DNA from: Lepidodermella squamata
Lineage: Eukaryota; Animalia; Gastrotricha
Direction of reading: 5' to 3'
Length of the DNA: 64,000 nucleotides
NCBI GenBank assembly: GCA_047495785.1
Contig: JBLDXI010000032.1
Location: 4,278,001 to 4,342,000, forward strand
The position numbers and the translations under genes are program-made. This document shows positions 12,265 through 24,015 of this stretch, in pieces. The notes beneath the pieces were generated by a model that was not told the origin of the DNA, did not search any database, and saw only the letters and a list, made by a program, of their open reading frames with translations. The number at the start of each line of letters is the position of its first letter. Positions within the stretch are counted from its first letter, which is position 1.

Positions 12265-13417
12265 ATGTTCAACTCAACTAAAACTGAAGGCTCCGTGCTT
12301 GCAGGCACTGACTGCGCGAAAGTTATCGAGGAACAGTGAGTAAAATTAAGGTGGAATGACTTGAGAAAATGCAATTTTTCGCTTAGTTATGGATTGAAAA
12401 ATGTAACACTCAAGCGGCAGGTTGGTTGGTTCGATGTCACTTTCCTAGTTACGAGCAATGACAACCCATCGGGGCCGAAGCACACCTTCAAAGTTTTCAT
12501 GGACATAACTACAGCAACAGTTGAGGCGGTTGAGGCTGAAATCGACATGATCAACTATCTGTATTTGAAAGGACTGCCTGTGCCGAAAATCCTGCAGACA
12601 AAGGATGATAAGTTTTACGGCGAGGCTGATTTCGAAGACGCAGTGAATGGCATTCATAAGAAACGCTTCCGTCTCCAAACCTACATCGAGGGCCGTATTT
12701 TGAACCGCGACATGCTGCCGGGTATCTGCTCGTTAGTCGGCGATTTGGCTGGCAGGGTCGACGAAGCTCTATCCGAGTTTGAAACCGAATACCCGCTAGA
12801 GCCGAATTTTCTGCTGAAATTGAGTGACGAGCTTGATATTTTGAAGTTGGCTCCTGACCTGCCCGATGAGCATCACAGATCGTTGGCCGAAAAATCGTTT
12901 GCTCTCTACGACAAGCTGGTTGCTTCCAAGATTGATAAATTTCCGGTTCAGCAAATTCATTGCGACATGCATGGCTTCAATTTGATTGTCGATGAGGCTG
13001 CGACAAAGCTGTTTGGTTTGATAGACTTTTCGGATTCGAAGAACACGCTTCGAGTCATCGAGCCAGCTATTGTCTTGGGCAGCATTTTGATGTTCAGCCC
13101 CGAGCCATTGAAAAGCGCTGATAACTTTTTGAAAGCTTACTGCAAACGAATCACGTTGACAAAGGAGGAAAAGGAGGCACTATTGGTACGTTTTGCCTTT
13201 GAAAATTGTATTAAGCAATAATTATTGGTGTATTTTTCAGATTGTAACTGTTGTTCGGCAAGTTCAAGCGATGGTTGTAAACAATCATATGTCTAAATCG
13301 ATACAGAACTTTGATTCTAGCTACTTGCAAACCATCTACGGCCCAGCTTGGGACTTGATTGAAAAGCTGCTCGATCCCACTAGTGAAATGGCTAAATTCT
13401 TTCAAAACTTTGCTTGA
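12265..13417 (+). CDS. Hydroxylysine kinase-like / APH-choline kinase family phosphotransferase (3 exons)
   Basis: Exons 12265-12335, 12387-13185, 13241-13417; LPVP, RLQTYIEG, catalytic HCDMHGFN (HxDxxxxN) and IDFSD motifs. Confidence 0.8.
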
Positions 13418-14097
13418 ATTAAATAAATAATTCTTGCTTCGTTCAATTTAAATGTGATTGTAATTAATAAAAGAAGTCATATGCATGCAAATCCCGAGCT
13501 CATATCTGTACTTGGACCCTTTCCAATCGAGCGAAAACAAAACATAAGAGTGAAAAACGGGGGGATGAGTCATTGACACAATTTCGGAAATAAGGTTCGA
13601 ATAATTTTGACGACGACGACGGGGTTTGAAATCAGTATCGCTTTTCGGGCGGAAAGTGAAAAACCTATTAATTTAACTGCCAAGTTAACGATAAACTATC
13701 CAGACTATTTTAGGGACAGTTTAGGCCTAAACGATTGAGATGGCGCACCTAAGATATTAGGAAGTGCGATACAGTAGAAAACAATTATGAATATTTGACC
13801 TCGTAAAACTGTCAACTGAGTTCCATTAAAGCAGGGAATTCATGTAACGACGTTACTGGCTATTAAAGGTTGACAATATAAAAAGCGACGCGTTTCATGA
13901 ACAATAAAAATATTGTCACTTAAACAAAGCGACGAGAAAAAATTGATAAACGCTACTCAAAATATACCACGACATTTATATACACCAAGCATTGTTTTCG
14001 CTTTCAAAAATGGCACTGCACATTAGGAAATAGCTGCCTTTGTAGCAATTAATTCCTGTTTGAAGATAGCCACTTAAAAATATTAATTGAAATTGGA

Positions 14098-14606
14098 ATG
14101 ATTCCGAAAAGCTCCTCTGCCAAGATTACTGCGTTCATCTTATTCGCCACTTTAATCGACTCCGCGTCATCAGGTTAGCATTAAATCAAACTTATGCTAT
14201 TCGATTCTTGAAATTTCCTCGGACAAATAAATCGACTTGTTTGTAAAATTGGTTATTTTACTATTGATTTTAGTCGTGGTCAAATGCTACACCCACAGCG
14301 GCACTGACAAGACTTCCTCAAGCACCTGTCTGACAGCTGATAGTCGAACTGCCAGCTGCTACGTGAGCTTCTTTTAACGTGATCGATTCCTTATTCAAGA
14401 ATCCCCTGATTTTCTAGAAATATGTTTACCAATGGGGTATACAGCGAGGTTGTCTGGATACATGCACCGAATGGAGGAGTGACATAGGACGAACCTATTG
14501 TTGCGCAAGTGCTGACCTGTGCAATGCCGCAAACAACAAAATGCTATCAGCACCATTCCTTCTATTGGCTGCGGCGCTGGCGATTCAAATCATCAACAAG
14601 CCTTAA
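14098..14606 (+). CDS. Small GPI-anchor-type three-finger (Ly6/uPAR) protein, 8 Cys, 3 exons (absent from ORF track)
   Basis: Exons 14098-14173, 14274-14362, 14418-14606: signal peptide, VKCYTHSGTDKTSSSTCLTADSRTASCY/KYVYQWGIQRGCLDTCTEWRSDIGRTYCCASADLCN, hydrophobic C-tail. Confidence 0.85.
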
Positions 14607-14693
14607 TAACTTACTAGACAGTATTATGAAACCTGAAGCTGCTCACGTTTATTAGTCATAGATGAATGAAATCACGCTGAAAAGCTTATTATG

Positions 14694-16027
14694 CTATTCC
14701 CGCTGGCTTTTGCCATCCTCTATCAAATTCACGTTATTTGACAAACAAGACTTTTTCTTTTCACCAGGAACAGGTATTGACCGGTCCAAGTCATCCAAAT
14801 AGGTATGCATTCGTTCAAACGCCCGCCTCACCAACAGCTGTCCGTTTCTGGGCCTAAACACAAAAAAATGAAAGATGAATGATGATCATTAAAAGTCATA
14901 GAGCTTACGTCGCCGGAAAACGAGGTCGCCCTTTTCGGCTATCAAATCGAACAGAGTTCGGCGGCGCGGACCTTCGATGGTAACTGGCCGTTGGCCCCGC
15001 AGCCAAATTTTCGTTGTCTGTTATAGCAACAACATTGGCCGTCTTTATAATGGGTAAAGTATGGGATAGGTGCAAAACGCTGTTATCACTAATAAGCTTA
15101 GTAGTGCTACTAGAGCTTTTAGCAAGACCTTCGCCAACCATTAGTAACTGACGTGGAGGAGCTGCAGATTGGCTTTGAGGCTGAGCCGCTGGTAGTGATG
15201 AATTCAGGGGGCTCGGCTTGTCAGGAATTTCTGCCTCGATACTTTCAGTTGTTTCGGCAGGCTCTTCAGGAACGTTTCCCAAAACACTGCCGCTAGTACT
15301 TTCGAGCAGAGTGTGACTCCTTTCAAGCGTCGAGGGCAAACTTGCTTCCTTGTATAGTAGGGGTGATTCAGGCCGAGTAGCCTTAGCCGTAGCCGAAGCT
15401 TGTTTTCGACGGCTGATCTCGATGCTTGAAAACAGGTAGCGAGCTGTTTTCAACGTATCGCTGAAAATGTCGTTGCTGATCTTCCGAGTCAGATAGCTTT
15501 CAGGTCGCGCGAAGTTACCCGGCGTGGGCAGCTTGCCTATTGTTTGAAAGCCTCCCGACTCAACGGGCAGCTTATGGACCCGGCGAAGCGCGTATTTTGT
15601 TGAGTTGTCAAGGTAGAAAGCATCGTAAACCATCGGCTTCAATACTCGTTTGGCTGCAAGTTCCTCCGTTAAATCTTGATGCCTATCTCTGAATCGCTGA
15701 CCAGAGGAATTGATGCAGTCCTGATATGATTGGAGAAAGTTATAGCATTTCTACACGCTGAGTGTCCATGCAAACCTTTATGTTATCGATTTCACACTGA
15801 AGCCGTAATTTGACGTCAGCTATGCGCTCTATTGCCTTGGTTTTCGCGATTCGAAGGCTCTCTGCTGTTTCGACCAAGCGGCGGGTCAACTTCAGATTTT
15901 GAGCTTCAGCACGGCTCTGATTCGAAGACCGTTTGGGACCCTCGCTCTTATTCATCGCTGCAGCCCGCCGAGCTGCAGCTCGGGGATTGTGGGTCGCAGC
16001 ATCACCGGTATAAGGACGAAAGCCCAT
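14694..16027 (-). CDS. Uncharacterised protein, N-terminal coiled-coil-like and Ser/Pro-rich disordered region (3 exons)
   Basis: Exons 16027-15776, 15720-14909, 14853-14694 join two track ORFs in frame via GT-AG introns; ACCATGG start; minus-strand AATAAA at 14648-14653. No recognisable domain. Confidence 0.6.
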
Positions 16028-16931
16028 GGTAAAAACTGTAGGAGCAGACTTTCAGGCTATGGATTTTGCATTTGAAGTCATCGTGTCCGCTTCATCAATG
16101 TAATTGCTGCTAAGCACTGTAATTTTTTTCTTTGAAAGCCGCTAAAAATGTCTGTTATGCTTTGATTGGCTGCAAAAAACATTCGTTCGGCATTCATTAC
16201 GGAGCTAATGACTTTGTGCCGTCAAAAGTGTGTTATTGCCGGATGGCTGCACATTCTGGAATAAAAAACTTTCTGAGGTGAAAATTACTAGCTGCTTGTG
16301 TACAACAGTTTCTAAAATTATCACCGCCGATTCGATTTTGCTATCAGCGCCGAACAGTGTGGGAGATAAACGTGTTCATTGTTTATCTAAGTTCGAATGT
16401 GAAAAATGTCAATCGCGGGATTTGTTGATTTTCATTACATGAATATTCGGTTTTAAACTTTGGAATTTCTCCCTCATTGTCACCCTGGAGAAGTGACGAC
16501 ATAAGCGTAATAATCCTGCCCAGATTACGCGACAACGACGGAGAATGAGGGAGAAATTGCTCCTGTGAAAACGACTGCTGAAACGGCAAAAACAACAGAA
16601 CAGAACAGAACGGTCCAAGGCGGACTTAGAGTCTTTCCGTTTTTGTTGAAGTGATACCAGTGATACGAGCTCACGAGCTTGTAGGAACTGCAAAAGATGT
16701 TGCGAAAATAGGACGCAGAGAAACTCTAATTTTCCTTCTGTCAGCTGTCCTGTATGCCGTACCGATATGGGTGCGGTTTGGAGATAGTCCCAGTAACCCT
16801 ATTCACGGGCATCGAGTAGCCATGCCACCGCGGACATAACAAATGCGCGGCGCAATTCAGGGCTAAAAGAAAACGAGGATTCTCGGCTGTAGCATTTCTC
16901 ATTGCAACAATTTGGTTCGCCACACGAAACG

Positions 16932-17468
16932 ATGCCGGGCGAAATCGTTCTTGTGCTGGCTATGCTTGTCGCGTGCTCATCTGCATTGACGTGCACAACT
17001 GGATACAACTACAACAATTTTGTTGATGCCTATTTTCGCAACAGGTACTCCGCCAATTCTGTTTCCCAATCAAGCAACTGTTTCTCATGCTCGGTAAATA
17101 CAATTCGTAGCATTGATTTCGTTGTATGATTACAATTTCACTTGTCTGCAAATTTGAATTGACAGACGACGGTCGTGTCAACGCAGTCGCACGGTAGCTA
17201 CATCTCCTACGGTTGTGAAACAACGCCATCGACCACTGGCAACTGCCAGTCGACGAGTTATTCGGCGTCTGACAGCGCAATGTATAATGGACAAGATACA
17301 GTCACGACGACAGTGTGCTTGTGTTGCCAGGACAATTGCAACAGCGGCAGCACCTGTGGAGGAAGTGCCGGAGGGCGAAACAACTCAGCCTCATCTTTGA
17401 GCAGGGGAGCAGCAGTCCCCCTGACCGGTCTTTTGCTGCTCCTTGCTGTTAAACTCATTTCGCTTTGA
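16932..17468 (+). CDS. Atypical LU/three-finger GPI-type protein, array gene L1 (1 domain)
   Basis: Exons 16932-17093, 17166-17468; signal peptide, LTC..YNNFVD..CFSC, YISYGC, CLCCQDNCNSGSTC, hydrophobic C-tail. Confidence 0.85.
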
Positions 17469-18554
17469 AGAGTATCTAAACAACTTTTCCTTCAATAAAA
17501 TGAGTTTTTTCCTTGATGTTCATTTTCTAATATATATAGTAATATTCTTCCATTTAACGATTGCCTCAATAAACAATAAGCCGAAATAAGCTTGTCTGTG
17601 GCGGCTCACCTGGTTCAATTGCATCAATTCTATACAAATAAGTAGTTTACCTACAACAACTTGCTGTATTTTAGCAAAAGATTGCGCCGCGAGTCGTCAG
17701 TACATTTGAAGGTGTTTTTGCTTTTCACATGATGGCAGAAGTAAAGGAAAAAAGTTGCTCACGTGCTTCGAGTTGACTTGGAAAATGCTAAGAGGACAGT
17801 GCACAGAAAACGCAGCATTAATTTCACATCTGGCAGTTGCCCTTTATGCACCCGTACATTTACGTTTTGAGCAATAGCCTCGAAACCTTTTTATAACCAA
17901 CGAGTTGTCAACGAGTAGTTAGTTGCTGGAAATGCGTCGTAAAATTTAGTAATGCTATATTTTAAGAAACGGTAATACGCACAGAACGGTTTGGACTAAT
18001 ACTCTATGGACTCGGCATTACCTATACATTTCTGCAGGACATGGAAAAAATCAATGAAAACACATAAAAATGAGTTTTTTGCACATTAAAAGCATCATTT
18101 TTCGGCATCTGGCAATTATAAAGCGTAAATCAGGCAAATTTTCGCGCAGCCACAACGTATGTAGCTCAGCTAGCATGACAGCTTTGTACTTGATCTTTAC
18201 AGCAGATACCGATAGAGCTAATCAATAACTTTACAATATTGTCCTTTTCTAAACATACAAATTGCAGGAACCAAAATTAGAAAGATATCTTGACCCTGAG
18301 GTAGCATGCTTATCGGCGCCCCTGGAACGATGCCCTAATTTTTAACGATGCAATCGTCACATGGATGACAACTCTTCTATTAAGATTTCTCGATAACTTT
18401 AACAACTTGCGATCACGATTTTTTGCGTCTCTAGCAGCGTTTAAATGGGGAGATGCTAGCAGTGCCGATTCTATAGAGTATCATCAGTTCCAAGACAAAA
18501 GGGGATCCCCAGCATCTATCTGTTTTTGTAAAATTTAATTCATCCGGCGCAACG

Positions 18555-19081
18555 ATGCTGAACAAAATCGTGTTTGGGTTAGCAATGCTTGTGGTTTGCT
18601 CACATGCATTGACCTGCAAATCTGGCAACATTTACAACAATTATCTCGACCCGCAAACAGGCAACATGCTCACCTCCAATTCGACTACGCAATCAAGCAA
18701 CTGCTTCTCTTGCAACGTAATAAAACAATTTTGAGTTTTTGCAGCCAAAAATGTGCGCATTGACAGGTCATGAACGTGGCAATTGGGTCCAACGGAAGCT
18801 ACGTGTCGTACGGCTGTAACACAACGTCGTCCGCTGGAGGTTGCTCAGTTGGATTTTCTTCTTCTTCTTTCAAAGTCGATGGCAACACACAACAATCCCA
18901 AAAAGGGTGCACGTGTTGTAAGGACAATTGCAACAGTGCCGACGACTGCACAGGAGCCCCGGCTGTTGGAACCACGGATGCTGGTGGGCGAAGCAGTAAC
19001 TCATCTCCATCTCTCTTTATGGATTTTGCATTATGGGCCGGTCTATCACTGCTATTTGCTGCGAACCTGATTGCGTCTTGA
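18555..19081 (+). CDS. Atypical LU protein L2 (1 domain)
   Basis: Exons 18555-18716, 18767-19081; MLNKIVFGLAMLVVCSHALTC..CFSCN / GSYVSYGC..CTCCKDNCNSADDC, GPI-type tail. Confidence 0.85.
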
Positions 19082-19414
19082 ATACCTAAATAACCCTTGT
19101 AATTCGATGGACTGATATATTTTCTTTTGTGTCTACATTACGTTTGACGTAGTGTTTCTCCATCAAGCGAATGCTTGGCAAAAATAACCAAGCTGTAAAA
19201 AAGCTGAACACATTTTTTTAAATAAATGCATCAGTGATTCACTAAGATTGAATCAATTCTACATGAGCAATAGTTTACTAACAACAGCTGAATATATTTT
19301 GGCTCCGCTGAAGAGGGCGTAGTTGGATACGGCCGAGTATCCAGGGGCAGCTATTCATACCTGCTTTCTCGCCAGCTATCCCTGCGCGCACATTCACCAT
19401 ATTTTTCGCTGCAA

Positions 19415-19916
19415 ATGAAAATGATGACGACATTTAGCTTGACGTTGGTTCTTTTTTCTACGCTTATGCCGAAGATGATAGCAGGTCTTAGCTGTTACAC
19501 TGGCGGTGATTACAACAGCTTCATAGACTCGCAAGGAAACAAACTTAGTGCTAGCATGCCTTACGTCCAGCAGAACAGCTGCTCCGCTTGCACGGTATGG
19601 CTATTTAATTTTATTCGGCTATATAGCAATTACAATTTTTGCTCAGACAAGTGTGGTGAGCACGAATTCGCATGGCGGTTACGTTGTTTACGGCTGCGAA
19701 ACGACAAGCGGGTCGAACTGTTCGCCAAATTCGTACTCCGCTTCCAGTTCGAGCGAGTATCAAGGCAAAGACACCGCCACGACAACTGTCACAATGTGCT
19801 GCACGGATTTGTGTAACTCTCGCAGTAACAACCGCAACTCTGGAATTAGCGCTCATGCCAACTCAGGCTACATGCTGCTGTTTACAGCCATCGCAGTTTT
19901 AGGTTGCCATTATTAG
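19415..19916 (+). CDS. Atypical LU protein L3 (1 domain)
   Basis: Exons 19415-19594, 19647-19916; LSCYTGGDYNSFID..CSAC / GYVVYGC..CCTDLCN. Confidence 0.85.
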
Positions 19917-20748
19917 GTAGGCTGCCAGTCGAATCGGAGCTTGAAATTCTGCGATGATCTTGTGTGTCGACTGATCTTTCAAAATAAACGATAATCCCGC
20001 AGTAAATGCATCATTTCGGGATTTTTTTTCTGAATGAGCGACTTGGGCCTTTTTAGGCTTAGTTTCAGAATACAGGTGGCAGCAGGTGATATCGTGAAGC
20101 ACAAGAAATATTTCCTCGAAAAGTTTCGGATATATTTAGCATAATTAATGAAGGGCACACCTCTTACTAATCAGAATGGTTGGTTCCCCTTTGTGACCGT
20201 TTGTCGCGCCTACACTTCTTTCGATTCCAGTCATTTGAACTGTGCGACGAGGACGCTGATAAAATTGTTGTCTTCTCAAAAAGCTTTTGAACGTAGGGAA
20301 GAAGAAGGTATTCGGCAAGCTTTTTCGATTTGCCGTCACACTAATCAGTGGTCAAACAGCGATGAATAGCCGAACAAAATTCCCTGGATTTTTTGCTGTC
20401 CCACTGTTTTTAATTTCCGACGTAAGCAGAGAATTCATCGCTTTTTTTCTTTTAACATTTCTAGAACCAAAGCATATTTATTGCCACTGCATTTTTGAAG
20501 AGGTAATATAATGAATTAGAAGAACGTACACAGGCACCTGCTCCCTCCTGTGCTATTCACGAGCAAGCATGATTTCTTTCTGCTATTTTACGCCGAATAA
20601 AATGGCGCCTATTAACCAAGTCTTTTCGCTGCGCAGCAAGAAAATCAAAAGGCGTCAATATATTCGCCCGTCGCAGAGTAAACACCCTTTATATGCTATA
20701 TTTTTCGGTTCGAATATAATTCTTAATAGGAAGACCTCAAGACACAAC

Positions 20749-21250
20749 ATGTCGCTCTATTACCTGCTGATCATCGCGTCTCTAGTTAGCACTACCTTGT
20801 CCCTTGATTGCTACAGTGGTGGCTTTTATTCGAATTTCGTCGATTCGAATGGAGGCAAGTTGAGCACGAGAATTGAGCTAACGTCATCTAGCAACTGTAA
20901 TGCTTGCATGGTAAAAAAAATTTCGAACAATTCGCTGCGTTTCTGAACGAGTTTTTCGCTAAAAAACACAGGTTACCACGATTTCTACGAATAAGAACGG
21001 AGGCTATGCTATGTACACATGTTCGAAAGATGTCGCCAGCTGTTCGGCCGGGACAACGTCCAACAGCCAGCCGTACACTGGTGGCGACACGGCTACCACG
21101 ACCATGTGCATTTGCTGCACGAACAACTGTAACAACAAAGATTACGCCTGTGGCAACTCGGTCACCTACGCTAAGGGAGGCGCCGAACGAGTGGCGTCAG
21201 GATTTCTAGCCACCGGACTTCTCTTGATCACTGCGACCCTTTTCAACTAG
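20749..21250 (+). CDS. Atypical LU protein L4 (1 domain)
   Basis: Exons 20749-20910, 20972-21250; LDCYSGGFYSNFVD..CNAC / ..CICCTNNCNNKDYAC. Confidence 0.85.
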
Positions 21251-21444
21251 ATCATTGTTTCCAATGCCACTGCTTATTTCATCGTAATACAGTGCCGAGC
21301 TACAGCTTGAAAATTATAAGGAGTATGGGTAAACAAGTGTGAATAAATCGAGCAATTTCGCTTGTAGCATTCATGTCTTTTGATGGATACATGAAAAGGG
21401 AGGAGGCAAAAGAGAATTAATTTCAATGTTGTGACTATTTTGCG

Positions 21445-21915
21445 ATGAAGCACGTATTATTTGTATCATTTTTTCTATTCGCGCCAATAATCCTAACGAC
21501 AGCTCTCAGATGTTACAGCGGAACAAATTACAGGAATTTTATTGGAACAAATGGGTCGGTCTACGTTGTGCCATCGACAATTCAGGAAGCTCAAAACTGT
21601 TCGGCTTGCAGGGTAGAAATGAAAGCAAAATTTACCCTTTATCTTAATTTTATGCTATTTAAGATGACTGTGGTCAACAGCAGAGATAATGGTGGCTACT
21701 CTGTTTACGCCTGTGAATCTCGGGCAGTAATTTGTTCAGAGACAAAAATGACCTCGAGTGGAACCTACCGAGCCACAGACTCCTTAACTACATCGCGATG
21801 CGAATGTTGCTATGATCTGTGTAATTCAGACAACTTTGGCTGCAGCTCTGCTGGTTTCGCCGTGGCTTCGAAATTCATTCTCATCGTTTCAGCTCTATCA
21901 TTGCTGATGCTATAG
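21445..21915 (+). CDS. Atypical LU protein L5 (1 domain)
   Basis: Exons 21445-21612, 21664-21915 (51-nt stop-free intron); LRCYSGTNYRNF..CSAC / ..CECCYDLCNSDNFGC. Confidence 0.85.
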   Translation: MKHVLFVSFFLFAPIILTTALRCYSGTNYRNFIGTNGSVYVVPSTIQEAQNCSACRVEMKAKFTLYLNFMLFKMTVVNSRDNGGYSVYACESRAVICSETKMTSSGTYRATDSLTTSRCECCYDLCNSDNFGCSSAGFAVASKFILIVSALSLLML

Positions 21916-22134
21916 GCCGCCATCCAAAACAAAATTCTATCCAGCAGATAGCTGATATTGTATTGCCACTCAAATGCAAACATCGGATGTTGAAATTAAA
22001 AACTGCATGTTCAAACAAGATGCAAGAGTAAATAAACGGTCCCGAGATTGTTTGACAATGGTAAAATATCGATTTCTTCACTATTCGCCGTTAATCGGCG
22101 CTGGAGATTTAAAGTTACTTGTTGTTTCTAAAAC

Positions 22135-23749
22135 ATGATGATGTGGGAAATTATAAAACTAATGCTTTCCTTTACCTTGTTGCAATCTTCTTGGCAGACG
22201 GAGCAGATCGATAAAACTGTCGGATGTTACAGTGGGGATTACGCGTATTTCGTAGGAATGGATTTCTCGAACGTCACTCGCTTTGACATGTGCACATATT
22301 GCATGGTAAATTTTCCACTGCGAATTTGGCTTGATTTAATTTTAAATGCTCTTCAAGGCTCAGCTAGTGACTTCTCGTTCCAGTAGCGTCCAAAACGTCA
22401 TTTCGTTTTACTGTATTACGTCTGACATTCCAGAGTGTTCACCCGAGCTCAGTCAGCGGTTCGAAATCCGCAACAGTGTTCAATTCGAAATTTCAATCAA
22501 GACGTGTTGCACCTCCCTCTGCAATACCGTGAGCGGCATTGTATCGAATTTGAAGAGCGACCCTGATGAGCTCACCTGCTACTCTGGGGGTTCTTTCTTC
22601 AATTACACGGATCCTCAAGGAAAATCCATGGATATGGACGTTCCAGTCGTTGAACAAACAGGCTGCGTTCAATGCCTCGTCAGTTTTTGCATCATCAGGC
22701 CATCTATCTAATCTCAATTTTGATTTACACCAGGTTTCAAAGGGTGTTACAAGGAATCACGGCCAGTTCATAAGTTACGGGTGTGTTTCAAACGAAGCAA
22801 GGGAATGCTCTGCAGCTACTAGTCTCCACCACACGCCTTATCTAGATTCTAAAAACTTGGAGATCGATACCCTCACCACCAGCAGCGCAACTTGCTGCAC
22901 ATCCTTGTGTAATGGGGATATCGAGAGGCTGGCTTTGATGCCAACCGAGCTCTACAGCCTCGATTTCAACACAGAGGCCTCAAGTTGTTACGAAGGCTGC
23001 ATAGCTGACGAATTTAGTGAGCAGTCTCATAATTGCTCGAAGCCTAAAATTGTCGATGGTTGTAGCCGGTGTGGAATGACATCTGTCTTTTCACTATGGG
23101 GCAACACCTATCGCAACTACTCGTGCATCAAGTCGAATGACGAGGAGTTTTGTTCACCAGCTATTAGTATCACGACAGCGATTGACAACTTCACTTCTTT
23201 CTCAGATATTAAAACAGAAATAGCTCAAGCTTGCTGTTCACCGCTCTGTAATTCGCCCCCTGATGACGAGCAGTCAATAGGAAAGAGCACTTTTGAATGC
23301 TATGTTGGCACCGTTCATGAACATTTCATAGTCGAAAATGGTACTACTAAAGATGGCATCAATCAGCTGAGAGTAGCCCAAGATTGCAGGCAGTGTGTAG
23401 TGAGTATACCCTTTATTTTAAAATGCTGTCACCATTTGAATTTTTTCAGAAAATGGTTTCAATGTCGCAAAATCACGGCGGTGGCACGGCGTATGCATGC
23501 ATCAAAGATTTGCAGGCTCAACCATGTTTAGCTGTAGATACATCCGTGGACAATCTGATCGACTATGTAGACACCACAATTTGCACTTGCTGCTCATCTC
23601 GATGCAACTCTGAAAGCTTCGTTTGTGTTTCAGAAGCTTTCCCGAGACGAGTGCTACCGAAAAATCACGCCCGCCCAGCTGATGGTGCCGATTGGATAGT
23701 TATTTCGGTTATAATTATTTTATTTTTCGAGATTGATTATGATCCATAA
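22135..23749 (+). CDS. Atypical LU protein L6 (4 tandem domains)
   Basis: Exons 22135-22305, 22358-22678, 22734-23399, 23450-23749; four CC-x3-CN motifs; C-terminal hydrophobic segment. Confidence 0.8.
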
Positions 23750-24015
23750 CTAATAAAAACACGCCAGCCTTAGTATGCCTTTCATTTTTGTGAACTGTCG
23801 CGATCAAAATCTATCAAATTTTTTCAACTTTCGCTTTCGTAACGTCGAAAAATTCCTCACACAGCTTCCAATAATAAGAATAGAACTCAATATCCGTCAA
23901 CCTGAAATGCGCTGAACAAATTGAAAAATCTGATAAAACGCAGTTTATTTACCGTAAGGTCATAGTCAAAACTCTTTGAAGCCTTGTTGTCGAAATTCAA
24001 GTTCTACGAAGCGAT

